Source of the DNA: Phenylobacterium sp. RIFCSPHIGHO2_01_FULL_69_31
Lineage (GTDB): Bacteria; Pseudomonadota; Alphaproteobacteria; Caulobacterales; Caulobacteraceae
DNA: 64,000 nucleotides
Direction of reading: 5' to 3'
Assembly (NCBI RefSeq): GCF_001824475.1
Contig: NZ_MHXN01000011.1
Coordinates: 7,918 to 71,917, forward strand
This document shows positions 1 to 12,746 of this stretch, in pieces. The notes beneath the pieces were generated by a model. It was not told where the DNA came from. It saw nothing but the letters and a program-made list of their open reading frames with translations, and searched no databases. Positions within the stretch are counted from its first letter, which is position 1, and the number at the start of each line of letters is the position of its first letter. Position numbers and translations under genes: made by a program.

Positions 1-555
1 GCCCATGCCGACGACCACGATGTTCTTGCCGCGCATGTCCACGGGATCGAACGGGTCGCGGTAGTCGTGCGCGTGGAAGGCCGGGCCGTCGAAGGCGCCC
101 GGATAGTCCGGGATGCGCGCGTCCCAGTGGTGGCCGTTGCAGACGAACAGGACGTCGCAGAGCCGCCGCTCGCCGGTCGAGAGGGTCACGGCCCAGAGGC
201 CGTCGGCGGTGCGCTCGGCCAGCTCGACCCGGGTATTGAAGGTGATCTTCGGACGCAGGCCGAAGTGGTCCACGTAGTCGCGGAAATACTGCAGCAGCTG
301 GGCGTGGTGGGGAAAGTCGGGCCAGTCGGCGGGGACCGGGTAGTCCTCAAAGGCGAGCCGCCACTTCGAGGTGTCGATGTGCAGGCTCTCGTAGCAGGCC
401 GACAGCCCGTTGGGGTTCTTGAAGTACCAGTTGCCGCCGATGTCGTCCGACATCTCGAAGCAGTCGAAGGGCACGCCAAGATCCTGCAGCCGCTTGGCGG
501 TGGTGAAGCCGGAGCAGCCGGCCCCGATGATGCAGGCCTTGGGCAGGGCGGTCAT
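1..555 (-). CDS. Flavin-containing monooxygenase (FMO family), truncated by the window edge
   Basis: Hand translation from ATG at 555: MTALPKACIIGAGCSG (FAD-binding GxGxxG), GGNWY, FHAHDYRDP (FMO fingerprint FxGxxxHxxxY) and NIVVVGMG (NADPH-binding start). Absent from the ORF track because it runs off the edge. Confidence 0.9.
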   Translation of the reverse strand, partial: MTALPKACIIGAGCSGFTTAKRLQDLGVPFDCFEMSDDIGGNWYFKNPNGLSACYESLHIDTSKWRLAFEDYPVPADWPDFPHHAQLLQYFRDYVDHFGLRPKITFNTRVELAERTADGLWAVTLSTGERRLCDVLFVCNGHHWDARIPDYPGAFDGPAFHAHDYRDPFDPVDMRGKNIVVVGMG

Positions 556-623
556 GGAACGCTCCGTCAAATCAACGAAGCGATCCTGGCTGGCCTTACC
601 TCACGTCCGGCAACCGGCTGCGG

Positions 624-3380
<2,757 letters not shown>

Positions 3381-3451
3381 AGGGAATGTCCGTGAGGCGG
3401 CGATAAGGCCCTTCGCCCGCCTGGAAGAAGCGCTCTTTTGGGGCGTGGGTG

Positions 3452-3479
3452 ACTTAAGGACTGCCCCCGCTCAAGTCAA
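3452..3479 (-). promoter_or_regulatory. Putative housekeeping sigma70-type promoter of secA
   Basis: Minus strand reads TTGACT-N16-TTAAGT about 70 nt upstream of the secA ATG. Confidence 0.5.
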
Positions 3480-3623
3480 CGCGGCGCCCCTGTCAGGGGA
3501 GGGTTCATTGCGGCGCGTGCCCTGGGTTTTGGCGGTTCGAGACGGGCTGACGGCGGTTGTAGGGGGCCGCAAGGCCCGGTCGATACGGACGGATCGACCG
3601 GGCCAGGCCAGGCGTCGGCGGCC

Positions 3624-4535
3624 TTAGCAGAAGGCGGGGGCGACCTGCTCAAGACGGGCGCGAGCGGCCGGGCTCACCTTGCCCATGGCGCCCAGGAAGC
3701 CCTCGTTGCGCAGCGCCGAGCCCAGGAAGGTCCAGCGCTGGGCCTGGTGCTGGACCTCGACGAAGCGCGCCCGCTCGCGCTCGGACAGCGTCCGGCTGAT
3801 AGCCGCCTCCAGGGAGGCGAGATCGAGCTGGGTCTGCTGAGCGAGGCCGCCATCGAGGAAGGCGCCGATCTCCAGGAACTCCTCCACCGCTTGCTCGACC
3901 TGGTCGGGCCGGGCGCGGGCGGCGAGTTCGAAGAACACCAGGGCGTCCAGCTTGGCGTGCTGGGATTCCTCCATCCAGTGGTGCTTCAGCAGGCTCTTGA
4001 ACTGCGGATCCAGGGTGTCGTCGTCGTGGACGCTGTCCAGATAGTGCCGCTGCGTCGCCCACTCGATGCCGAGCACGAAAATCGCCAGGCTGAGGGGGCT
4101 GTGCGCCCGCACGGCGGCGCCGATCTCGTCGGCCGGGCCGATGAAGCCGCACTCGCCCGCGAAGCCTTCGGTGAAGGCCTGGCGGAAGCGCACGAACAGC
4201 TCGATGTGCTTGGCCTCCTCGGCGGCGAACTGCAGCAGCGCCGGCGTGCGGTGCGTGTCCTGGCCGGGGGCCGAGGGCGCCAGGTCCTCGATCACCGGCA
4301 GGATGCAGCGCTCGACCAGCTCGAACATTCCGAGGTAGCCGAAGGCCCGGATGTGGTTGAGCTTGAGACGCTCGGCCGCGGTCAGGAAATCGAGCTCGCC
4401 GGTGCGGGCGAAGCTCTCCGGCAGGAACGGCTTGGAGAAGTCCATGCGCTTCTCGGGGCCGATGATGTCCTCGATGCGCCAGTTGACGCGCTTGGACATC
4501 TCCATGAGCCGTTCGTAGTTGGGTTCCATTTTCAT
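3624..4535 (-). CDS. Ferritin-like diiron protein, AurF/CmlI-like ligand set (303 aa)
   Basis: C-terminal part of the track ORF 3624..4949. The real start is MKMEPNY, preceded by GAGGAGAACGTCAA. Motifs FELVE, EEAKH (ExxH), GIEWATQ and HHWMEESQH (HxxxExxH). Confidence 0.75.
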   Translation of the reverse strand: MKMEPNYERLMEMSKRVNWRIEDIIGPEKRMDFSKPFLPESFARTGELDFLTAAERLKLNHIRAFGYLGMFELVERCILPVIEDLAPSAPGQDTHRTPALLQFAAEEAKHIELFVRFRQAFTEGFAGECGFIGPADEIGAAVRAHSPLSLAIFVLGIEWATQRHYLDSVHDDDTLDPQFKSLLKHHWMEESQHAKLDALVFFELAARARPDQVEQAVEEFLEIGAFLDGGLAQQTQLDLASLEAAISRTLSERERARFVEVQHQAQRWTFLGSALRNEGFLGAMGKVSPAARARLEQVAPAFC

Positions 4536-4603
4536 TTGACGTTCTCCTCGCACGGCCCCGCGCCCCCCGGGCGCAGTCCGCGACGGGTGAAGCGTGCCGC
4601 CGC

Positions 4604-4888
4604 TCAGTTGTTGGCGGTGGTTGGATCGATGATTTGCGAGATCTCGGTGATGTTCGTGACCGGGAACCCGCTCAGTTCGGCGTGGGCGTAGATCGCGTCC
4701 TCGCCATCCGCGAGGTAGATGCAAAACGTCCGATCGCCGGCGACATAGCTGTGCTGCCACTGGACGCTTCGGCCGATCTTTTCGATCGCCTGGTTCGAAG
4801 CGCGAGCCGCCCCGCAAAGCTCGACGATGGACATACCGCCGACGCCGGGCATCTCTCGCTCGACCAGGTAACGTTTGAGTTGGCCCAT
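4604..4888 (-). CDS. DUF4242 / SCO4226-like putative nickel-binding small protein
   Basis: 94 aa with the pattern YLVERExPG...QWQHSYV..DRTFCIYLA..E.AI..HA..SGFP...I.EI, which I recognise as DUF4242. Confidence 0.8.
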   Translation of the reverse strand: MGQLKRYLVEREMPGVGGMSIVELCGAARASNQAIEKIGRSVQWQHSYVAGDRTFCIYLADGEDAIYAHAELSGFPVTNITEISQIIDPTTANN

Positions 4889-4996
4889 GGCGCCGCCCCC
4901 ACATCACCCTTGGAATGATTGAAGTGTCGCCCCGTCGGCCCGGGCGCACAATCTAAACAATCTGGCGCTGACTAAAGGTTTTGCTTAGGATAAGGG

Positions 4997-5950
4997 ATGG
5001 TCGCCCCGACATACCTGCGCTCGCTCCAGGCCCTGGAGCTGGCGGTGCGCGAAGGCTCCTTCGCGGCGGCGGCGGCAGGGCTTGGCATCACGCCCGCCGC
5101 CGTCGGCCAGCGGGTGAAGGCGCTGGAGGACTATCTCGGCGTCGAGCTGCTCCTGCGCGGCCGGTCGGGGATCCAGCCCGCGCCGGGCCTGACCGCCGCC
5201 CTGCCGCACCTGAGCCTGGCCTTCGCGGAACTGGAGGCCGCCGCGCGGGAGCTCGAACTCCAACGCGGCCACGAACTCCACATCGCCGCGGCGTCGGACT
5301 TCGTCGAGCTATGGCTGGAGCCGCGGCTGGCGGCCTTCCGCGAGGCGCATCCGAACATCCGCTTTTGCATCAACGGCGAGGGCGACGCGCCGCTGCGCCT
5401 GGGTCGCGTCGACTGTGAGATCAGCTTCGGCCCCGCGCGCGCCGACGCGCCGACCGACCTGCTGTTCCGCGACTACGTCCTGCCGGTGGCGTCTCCCGAG
5501 AACACGCGGCGCACGGCGCAGCAGACGGCGCGGGCCCAGCTGGAGGGGTTCCCGCTCCTGCACCTGGACTTCTACAAGGACGATCCGGCGGGGCTGTCCT
5601 GGCCGGACTGGGTCGCGTCCAACGACGTGGACCGCAGCGCGCCCGAACGGGGCATGCGCTTCCGCCGCATCACCGCGGCCCTGGACGCCGTGGCGGCCAA
5701 CGCGGGCGTCACCCTCTGCGGGCTGGCGCTGCTGGACGCTCATCTGGCGGCCGGCAGGATTGCGCTGCCCTATCCGCTGGCCATGGGCCGCTGGAGCGAG
5801 CACGGGTTCCGCGCCCGGTTCCGCGCCGACATGGAAGGCCGCCGCCACGTGCAGCGGTTCCGCGACTGGCTGCTGCAGGAGAGCCGCGCCACGGCCGCGT
5901 CGCTGCGCGGGACGGCGGGACGCGAGCCGCCGACGATCGCGGCGGAATGA
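4997..5950 (+). CDS. LysR-family transcriptional regulator (GcvA/AmpR-like)
   Basis: N-terminal HTH LRSLQALELAVREGSFAAAAAGLGITPAAVGQRVKALEDYLG plus a LysR substrate-binding domain. Divergent from the DUF4242 gene. Confidence 0.95.
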   Translation: MVAPTYLRSLQALELAVREGSFAAAAAGLGITPAAVGQRVKALEDYLGVELLLRGRSGIQPAPGLTAALPHLSLAFAELEAAARELELQRGHELHIAAASDFVELWLEPRLAAFREAHPNIRFCINGEGDAPLRLGRVDCEISFGPARADAPTDLLFRDYVLPVASPENTRRTAQQTARAQLEGFPLLHLDFYKDDPAGLSWPDWVASNDVDRSAPERGMRFRRITAALDAVAANAGVTLCGLALLDAHLAAGRIALPYPLAMGRWSEHGFRARFRADMEGRRHVQRFRDWLLQESRATAASLRGTAGREPPTIAAE

Positions 5951-5987
5951 AAAGGGCGGCCGCAAGCCCGTCGCTTGCAGCCGCCCT
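5950..5987 (-). terminator. Intrinsic terminator after the thiolase gene
   Basis: Stem AGGGCGGC-c-GCAAGC / GCTTGC-a-GCCGCCCT, followed on the minus strand by TTTTC. Confidence 0.65.
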
Positions 5988-6043
5988 GTCCTGTCCAGAG
6001 GACGGGATCCCCGCTTCCGTCGGACGGGAGCGGGGCTACCCGA

Positions 6044-7213
6044 CTAGAAGACTTCGAAGAGGCCGGCGCCGCCCATGCCGCCGCCGATGCACATGGAGAC
6101 GACCACGTGCTTGGCGCCGCGGCGCTTGCCTTCCTGCAGGATGTGGCCCGCGAGGCGCGCGCCGGTCATGCCGAAGGGGTGGCCGATGGCGATCGAGCCG
6201 CCGTTGACGTTGTACTTCGCCGGGTCGATGCCAAGCTTGTCGCGGCTATAGAGGCACTGGCTGGCGAAGGCTTCATTCAGCTCCCACAGGTCGATGTCGT
6301 CGACCTTCAGGCCGTGGCGTTCCAGCAGACGCGGGATGGCGAACACCGGCCCGATGCCCATCTCGTCGGGCTCGCAGCCGGCCACGGCCCAGCCCTTGAA
6401 CACGCCCAGGGGGTTGAGCCCGCGGCGCTCGGCTTCCTTGCCTTCCATCAGCACCACGGCGGCGGCGCCGTCCGAGAGCTGGGAGGCGTTGCCCGCGGTG
6501 ATGAACTTGCCCTCGCCCATGACGGGCTGGAGCTTCTGCAGGCCTTCCAGCGTGGTGTCGGGGCGGTTGCACTCGTCGCGGTCGACCACGTAGTCGACGA
6601 TGGACTCTTCCTTGGTCGCCTTGTCGACCGTCTTCATCTTGGTCTTCATCGGGACGATCTCGTCCGCGAACTTGTTCGCCTGCTGGGCGGCGGCCATGCG
6701 GCGCTGGCTCTCCAGCGAATACTCGTCCTGGTACTCGCGGCTGACGTTGTAGCGCTGGGCCACGATGTCGGCGGTGTCGATCATCGCCATGAAGATCGCC
6801 GGGTGCATCTTGGTCAGCTCGGGGTCGAAGTTGTTCGGGCCCGTGCCCATGTTCGGCATCGAGATCGACTCCACGCCGCCGGCCACGACCACCGGGGCGC
6901 CGTCGTTGCGGACGTGGTTCGCCGCCATGGCGATGGTCTGCAGGCCCGACGAGCAGAAGCGGTTCACGGTCACGCCCGAGGCGGTCACCGGCAGGCCGGC
7001 CAGCAGGCCCGCCTGGCGCGCGATGTTGCCGCCGCCGTGGGCGACGTTGCCCATGAACACGTCCTCGATGTCGCCGCCGTCCACGCCCGCCTTGGCCACC
7101 GCGTGCTTCACCGCGTGCGCGGCGATCGACACGGTGGGCGTCATGTTGAAACCGCCGCGGCCGGATTTGGCCAGGCCGGTGCGGGCATAGGAAACGACGA
7201 CGGCTTCACGCAT
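6044..7213 (-). CDS. Acetyl-CoA C-acyltransferase (thiolase)
   Basis: NRFCSSG, NEAFA, GHPFG and MCIGGG catalytic motifs. Start MREAVVV follows a GGGAGG RBS. Confidence 0.96.
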   Translation of the reverse strand: MREAVVVSYARTGLAKSGRGGFNMTPTVSIAAHAVKHAVAKAGVDGGDIEDVFMGNVAHGGGNIARQAGLLAGLPVTASGVTVNRFCSSGLQTIAMAANHVRNDGAPVVVAGGVESISMPNMGTGPNNFDPELTKMHPAIFMAMIDTADIVAQRYNVSREYQDEYSLESQRRMAAAQQANKFADEIVPMKTKMKTVDKATKEESIVDYVVDRDECNRPDTTLEGLQKLQPVMGEGKFITAGNASQLSDGAAAVVLMEGKEAERRGLNPLGVFKGWAVAGCEPDEMGIGPVFAIPRLLERHGLKVDDIDLWELNEAFASQCLYSRDKLGIDPAKYNVNGGSIAIGHPFGMTGARLAGHILQEGKRRGAKHVVVSMCIGGGMGGAGLFEVF

Positions 7214-7461
7214 TTGGAATAGTCCTCCCAACGAAATGGATTTTTGAGCCCTCGGTCGGGGCCCGGAAAACTCGCCGGCACCTTTGCATCCCGGCGGGAA
7301 AATGGCCAGCCGGGCGAAGCGAATTCTGGTTCCGGTTTGCGGCGCCTGCGGCCGCGGGCTCGCGCCGGATGCGAAAGGGCTTCCCCTTTCCAGGGTCGCG
7401 CACTAGGGGGACGGGCGGTGTCCGCTGACGCCGCGTCTCCGCCCCCCGCAGGGATGACCCG

Positions 7462-8400
7462 ATGGCCTCAGGTCCCTTCCGCATCGCGATGATTGCCGCC
7501 CTGGCGCTGGTCGCGGCCGCCTGCGACCGCGGCGGCGACAGCTCGAGCCCGCCGGAGCGCGGCGACAAGGCGGTGGCCCGGGTCGACGGCAAGACAGTGT
7601 GGGCCTCGGACGTGAAGCGCGAGGCGATCGCCCAGGGCCTGATCGGCGAGGGGGAGCCGCTGGACACCTCGTCGGACCTGTTCCGCCAGATGATGGACCA
7701 GGTGATCGACCAGAAGCTGCTGGCCGCGGAGGCCCAGCGGCGCAAGCTGGACAAGGACCCCCTGGCCCAGCGCCGGCTGACCGCGGCCCAGGATCGGGTG
7801 ATGGGCGACATGCTGGTGGAGACGACGGTCGCCGACGCGGTGACCGAGGACAACATCCGCGGGCTCTACGAGGAACAGCAGAAGCTGGCGCGCCGCTCGG
7901 AAGAGATCCGCGCCCGCCAGATCGTGTTGGCCACCGCGGCCGAGGTGGACCAGGTGAAGAAGCTGCTGGCCGCCGGCGCCAACTTCGAGGCCCTGGCCAT
8001 GGAGCGGTCCCGCGACGCCGCCACCCGCTTCAACGGCGGGGATCTCGGCTACTTCACCACCGACGTCATGCCGGAGGCCTATGAGGCGGCGCTGAAGGGC
8101 GCCAAGCCGGGCCAGCTTATCGGACCGGTGCCTACGCAGGGCGGGTTCGCGCTGGTGAAGGTCGAGGACGTGCGGCAGGAGCAGCCGATTCCGCTGGACG
8201 CCGCCCGCCCTCAGATCGTCCGTTTCCTGACCTACGACCGGATCCGCGACCTGCTGGAGAAGCTGCGGGCCAAGGCCAAGGTCGAGACCCTGATCAAACC
8301 CGAGGCCGGGGCGCCCAAGCCCGTTCCGCCGGCCGACGCCCCCAAGACCGTAGCGCCCCCGGCGCCGGTGACCTCGACCCAGAAGGGAGCTGCTCCATGA
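7462..8400 (+). CDS. PpiC/parvulin-type peptidyl-prolyl isomerase lipoprotein (PrsA-like)
   Basis: Lipobox AAAC, RARQIV, FEALAMERSRD, GGDLGYF, GPVPTQGGF. Its stop overlaps the argJ start (ATGA). Exact start uncertain. Confidence 0.92.
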   Translation: MASGPFRIAMIAALALVAAACDRGGDSSSPPERGDKAVARVDGKTVWASDVKREAIAQGLIGEGEPLDTSSDLFRQMMDQVIDQKLLAAEAQRRKLDKDPLAQRRLTAAQDRVMGDMLVETTVADAVTEDNIRGLYEEQQKLARRSEEIRARQIVLATAAEVDQVKKLLAAGANFEALAMERSRDAATRFNGGDLGYFTTDVMPEAYEAALKGAKPGQLIGPVPTQGGFALVKVEDVRQEQPIPLDAARPQIVRFLTYDRIRDLLEKLRAKAKVETLIKPEAGAPKPVPPADAPKTVAPPAPVTSTQKGAAP

Positions 8401-9860
8401 GCCGCAAGCCCAGCACGCCCGCGGCGAAGGCCGCCGCGCCCAAGCCCGCCGGCAAGGCGTCCAAGCCTGTCGAGGCCGTTGGCGAAGCGCTCGAACGCGC
8501 CCTCGATCCCCTGACCACGGCCCTCAAGCGCGCCGGGCTGAAGCGCGCCGACAAGGCGGCCCGCGCCTTCGACGACCGAACGGCGCAGCCTGCGCCGGCG
8601 GGCGCGGGCAAGGTGGACAAGTCGGCCATGCCGGTCTCGCCGCTGGCCGTGCCGTTTCCGCGGATGAAACCGATCCGGGGCCTCACCATGGCGACCGGCC
8701 GGGCCGGATTCTACAAGCACGACCGCGACGACCTTCTGGTCATGAGCTTCCCCGAGGGCGCGAGCTGCGCCGGCGTCTTCACACGCCACGGCGTGGGATC
8801 CGCGCCCGTCGACTGGTGCAAGCGCCACCTGGAGGCCACCAAGGGCGAGGGCGTGAAGGCGCTGGTGGTCAACGCGGGCTGCGCCAACTCCTTCACCGGT
8901 CGGCCGGGCGCCGATGCGGTCCGCCGGGTCGCCTCGGCGGTGGGCAAGCGCTTCGACTGCCGCCAACGGGACGTAATGGTCGCCTCCACCGGGGTGATCG
9001 GGGTGCTGCTGGACGACACCAAGATCGTGAACCGCCTGGCCGACGTGGAGCACAAGCTGAGCCCCGACGGCTGGGGCGGCGCGGCGCGGGCGATCATGAC
9101 GACGGACACCTTCCCGAAAGGCGCCTACGCGGAAGCCGAGATCGATGGCGTGAAGGTGCGGATCGGCGGGATCTGCAAAGGCTCGGGCATGATCGCGCCG
9201 GACATGGCGACGATGCTGGCGTTCGTGGTGACGGATGCGGCCATCTCGCCGGGCGCGCTGCAGAACCTCTGCAACCTCTACACCCGCAACACCTTCAACG
9301 CCGTGACGGTGGACGGCGACCGGTCCACCAACGACACCCTCCTGCTGTTCGCCACGGGCCAGTCCGGGGCGCCGAAGATCAGCCGCGCGGGCGATCGGCG
9401 CCTGGCCGACTTCCGCGACAAGCTCGAGCAGGTGCTGATGAACCTTGCCCACCAGCTCGTCCGCGACGGGGAGGGGGCGACCAAGTTCATCAAGATCACC
9501 GTGACGGGCGCCGAGAGCGCCGCCTCGGCCCGCAAAATCGCGAAATCTGTGGCCGACAGCCCCCTGGTGAAGACCGCCTTCGCCGGCGAGGACGCCAACT
9601 GGGGCCGCATCGTCATGGCGGTGGGCAAGGCGGACGAGCCGGTCGACCGGGACTCCATGAGCGTGAAGTTCGGGCCGCACTGGGCGGCCCAGGACGGTCT
9701 CATCGCCGGCAGCTACGACGAGGCCAAGATGAGCGACTACATGAAGAAGCAAGAGCTGGAGGTCAGCGTCGATGTGGGCGTGGGCCGGGCCGCCGCCACC
9801 GTCTGGACCTGCGACCTCACCAAGCGGTACGTCGAGATCAACGGCGACTACCGCAGCTAG
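8397..9860 (+). CDS. argJ: Bifunctional ornithine acetyltransferase / N-acetylglutamate synthase with N-terminal extension
   Basis: [28 protein letters not shown] (autocleavage Thr), [37 protein letters not shown]. Confidence 0.98.
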   Translation: MSRKPSTPAAKAAAPKPAGKASKPVEAVGEALERALDPLTTALKRAGLKRADKAARAFDDRTAQPAPAGAGKVDKSAMPVSPLAVPFPRMKPIRGLTMATGRAGFYKHDRDDLLVMSFPEGASCAGVFTRHGVGSAPVDWCKRHLEATKGEGVKALVVNAGCANSFTGRPGADAVRRVASAVGKRFDCRQRDVMVASTGVIGVLLDDTKIVNRLADVEHKLSPDGWGGAARAIMTTDTFPKGAYAEAEIDGVKVRIGGICKGSGMIAPDMATMLAFVVTDAAISPGALQNLCNLYTRNTFNAVTVDGDRSTNDTLLLFATGQSGAPKISRAGDRRLADFRDKLEQVLMNLAHQLVRDGEGATKFIKITVTGAESAASARKIAKSVADSPLVKTAFAGEDANWGRIVMAVGKADEPVDRDSMSVKFGPHWAAQDGLIAGSYDEAKMSDYMKKQELEVSVDVGVGRAAATVWTCDLTKRYVEINGDYRS

Positions 9861-10786
9861 CGGCGCAGGCGACCCAGGAGCGCGCGCAACGGCGCCGTCG
9901 CGCGCCAGATCGTCGAGTTCTCGATGGCGTCGGCCCGGGCCAGGGCCGCGCGAGCCTGGGCGTGCAGGACCGCGGCGTCGCCGCCGGTCCCGGCGTCGTC
10001 GGGCGGGTCGAGGCGGGCCGCACTGGCCGTGAAGGCCTCGCGCCGCGCCGCTGGGGGCATCGCCTCCGGCAGCCGTCGCAGGGCCACCAGGAACTCGTCG
10101 GTCCCCTGCTCCAGGTGGGCCAGCTCGAAGGGCAGCAGGTCCAGGCGGCTGGCGAGGTCCAGGGCGTCCACGAGGCTGGCCGGCGTGAACACCCAGCAGT
10201 GGGCGTCCAGGTACTCGGCGTCGGTCCGACGGGCGAGGTCCAGCCCCTGCCGGGCGCGCTCCGTCAGGGCGGCCTCGTCCAGCGGCGGGGCCTTCAGGTC
10301 GCGGGTATCGTAGACGTGGTTGAACACCTGCCGCGCATCGGGCCGGCGCAGGCGGCGTAGATGGGCGTCGACGAACTCCCCGCCCGTGCTCACCGGCCGC
10401 CGGGCGTCGAAGGTGTAGCGCTTGTCCGGCACGAAGAAGACCGCCAGCCCGCCGTCGGCCAGGACGCTGGCGATCTCGCCCAGCCAGCCGAAGACGTCGG
10501 GGACGTGCTCGATCACGTGGCTGGCCAGGACGTAGTCGTAGGCCCGGGCGCCGCCGACACAGTCCAGCAGGCTCTGCTCGCCCCAGACGTGGTCGATCTC
10601 GGGGATGCGGGCCCGATCCACGTCGTGGCCGTCGTAGGCCGCCACCAGGCCTTCACGGCTTGCGCGGTCGACGTACTCCACCGGCCCCATCGCCCGGGTC
10701 ACCATGGGCCGGTCGAGAGGGCCGATCTCCAGTCCCCGCTGGCGGGCCGGGTCGATCAGGGCGGCCAGGGCCTCAGCGCGGTCCAT
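9857..10786 (-). CDS. Class I SAM-dependent methyltransferase (glycan-modification type)
   Basis: GLEIGPLDRP motif I, YDYVLASHVIEHVPD, FFVPDKRYTFD. Overlaps the upstream GT2 gene by 14 bp. Confidence 0.85.
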   Translation of the reverse strand: MDRAEALAALIDPARQRGLEIGPLDRPMVTRAMGPVEYVDRASREGLVAAYDGHDVDRARIPEIDHVWGEQSLLDCVGGARAYDYVLASHVIEHVPDVFGWLGEIASVLADGGLAVFFVPDKRYTFDARRPVSTGGEFVDAHLRRLRRPDARQVFNHVYDTRDLKAPPLDEAALTERARQGLDLARRTDAEYLDAHCWVFTPASLVDALDLASRLDLLPFELAHLEQGTDEFLVALRRLPEAMPPAARREAFTASAARLDPPDDAGTGGDAAVLHAQARAALARADAIENSTIWRATAPLRALLGRLRR

Positions 10787-12689
10787 CGGCGACCTTCCAG
10801 GGCGGCGTGCGGTTCGGCGGCTCGCCCAGGCGGTAGTTGGTGTAGCGCCGGTCGAACACCGGGCCGTAGAACGGGTCGGCGTCCAGCACCGCGCCCCAGC
10901 GGTCGCGCATCACGCGCACCTCGCGCTGGAACCGCGCGGCCGCCGCGGGGGCGAGGTCGGAGCCACGGCTGGCGCTTTCATGGTGATAGAGCTCGGCGTG
11001 GGGCGTCCAGACGATGTCGTAGCCGGCCTCCCGCACCTTGAGGCACAGGTCCACGTCGTTGAACGCCACCGCCAGGTGCTCGGCGTCCATCCCCCCGACC
11101 TGGTCGTAGACCGCCTTGCGGATCGCCAGGCACGCCGCGGTCACCGCCGAGACGTTCCGCGCCAGCGCCAGGTGGCCCTGGTAGCCCGGATGGTTGGCGC
11201 CCGCGCCGGCGTAGAGGTGTCCCGCCACGCGCTCGGCCACGTCGCCCACGCCCAGGACGACGCCGGCGTGCTGCAGGGTGTCGTCGGGGTAGTAGAGCTT
11301 GGCGCCTACGGCCCCGACATTGGGCCGGACCGCCTGGGCGATCATCTCGTCCAGCCAGTCGGGCCGGATCATCGAGATGTCGTTGTTCAGGAGGACGAGC
11401 ACCTGGCCGCGGGCCTGGCCGGCGGCGAGATTGTTCAAGGCCGCGAAGTTGAAGGGGCCGGGCGCGTCCAGGATGCGGACGCGGGGGTCGGCCTTCAGGA
11501 ACTGGAACAGGGCGAGGGTGGCCGGCTCGACGCTGCCGTTGTCGACGATCAGCAGCTCGATGGGCCCGTAGGCGGTCTCCGCCAGCACGCCCTCGGCGCA
11601 GCGGGCCACCAGGTCGGCGCGGTCGCGGGTGGGCACGATGAGGCTGACCAGCGGCTTTGCCTCGGGGACGGCGCGGCGCACGCGCAGCCATCGGGCCGCG
11701 ACGTCCATCTGTTCCACGGCGCCGCCTTGGGCGGTGCGTTCCAGATGTTCGCCCACGGCCCGCGCCGCGGCGGCGGCGCACTCGGCGGCCCGGGCGCGGG
11801 AGAACGAGCCCGGCCGGCTGTGCTGGCGCCAGTGATAGAGCACCCAGGGAATGTGGCGGATGCGAGCCGGCGTCGCCCGCTCGGCGGCTCTGAGCACCAG
11901 ATCGTGGTCCTGTGCGCCGTCGAAGCCGCCGCGCAGGCCGCCGAGGGCGGTCAGCAGGCTGCGGCGGATGACGGTGAAGTGGTTGACCGCGTTCACGCCC
12001 AGCATCAGCTCGGCGTTCCAGTCGGTCTTGTGGTGCGGCTGGGAGCGGCGGCCCTTGTCGTCGACCTTGTCCTCGTCCGAGTAGAGGAGGTCGGCGTTGG
12101 GATGCCGCTCCAGTTCGGCGGCCACCTCGTAGAGCGCCCGCTCGGCCAGCAGGTCGTCGTGGTCCAGAAAGGCGACGAACGCGCCGGACGCCAGCTCCAG
12201 CGCCGAATTGGTGGCCGCGGCGATGCCGCCGTTCGCCTCGCGCCGGACGATGCGGATGCGGGGGTCCGTGGCGGCCAGTTCGGTGAGCGCCTTCCACGTG
12301 GCTTCGCCGGGCGAGCCGTCGTCGGCGATGCAGAGCTCCCAGTGCGGATAGAGCTGGGCGCGGACCGAGGAGACCGCCTCGTGCAGCAGGTAGGGATCGG
12401 ATCGGTAGGCGGCCATGACCACCGAGATCGTCGGCCGGCGGCGGAAGCCCGCGATGTGATGGCGGATCGCGTCGCGGTCCTCATCGGACAGTGTGTCGTG
12501 CGCCAGGATCCAGGCCCGGTATTCCTTGTCGGTCTGGGCCTGGGGGCCGACCACGCCGCGCACGAAGCGCTCGCCCCACGGCGTCTTGATGATCTGCAGG
12601 GCCGCCTGATGCACCACCCAGTGCACGGGTGGAAAGCGCCGGACGACGCCGAGGGCGGCTGCGGTGGTGGCGCGAAGCGTCGGCGGCAT
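10773..12689 (-). CDS. Glycosyltransferase family 2 with two GT-A domains
   Basis: ISVVMAAY...ELCIADDGS...FLDHDD, then SLIVPTRD...VDNGS...LLNND...FNDVDLCLK...HHESASRG. Confidence 0.93.
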   Translation of the reverse strand: MPPTLRATTAAALGVVRRFPPVHWVVHQAALQIIKTPWGERFVRGVVGPQAQTDKEYRAWILAHDTLSDEDRDAIRHHIAGFRRRPTISVVMAAYRSDPYLLHEAVSSVRAQLYPHWELCIADDGSPGEATWKALTELAATDPRIRIVRREANGGIAAATNSALELASGAFVAFLDHDDLLAERALYEVAAELERHPNADLLYSDEDKVDDKGRRSQPHHKTDWNAELMLGVNAVNHFTVIRRSLLTALGGLRGGFDGAQDHDLVLRAAERATPARIRHIPWVLYHWRQHSRPGSFSRARAAECAAAAARAVGEHLERTAQGGAVEQMDVAARWLRVRRAVPEAKPLVSLIVPTRDRADLVARCAEGVLAETAYGPIELLIVDNGSVEPATLALFQFLKADPRVRILDAPGPFNFAALNNLAAGQARGQVLVLLNNDISMIRPDWLDEMIAQAVRPNVGAVGAKLYYPDDTLQHAGVVLGVGDVAERVAGHLYAGAGANHPGYQGHLALARNVSAVTAACLAIRKAVYDQVGGMDAEHLAVAFNDVDLCLKVREAGYDIVWTPHAELYHHESASRGSDLAPAAAARFQREVRVMRDRWGAVLDADPFYGPVFDRRYTNYRLGEPPNRTPPWKVADGPR

Positions 12690-12695
12690 GACCCG

Positions 12696-12730
12696 AAAAG
12701 GAAAGGGCGGGCGGATCAGTCCGCCCGCCC
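12696..12730 (-). terminator. Intrinsic terminator of rhlE
   Basis: Perfect 11-bp stem GGGCGGGCGGA-tcag-TCCGCCCGCCC followed on the minus strand by TTTCCTTTT. Confidence 0.8.
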
Positions 12731-12746
12731 CGTTGTTAGTCGCGCC

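Noticed and set aside
4536-4949. N-terminal 137 aa of track ORF 3624..4949
   Set aside because: It overlaps the DUF4242 gene in another frame. A clear RBS precedes the internal start at 4535, so it is not a fusion.
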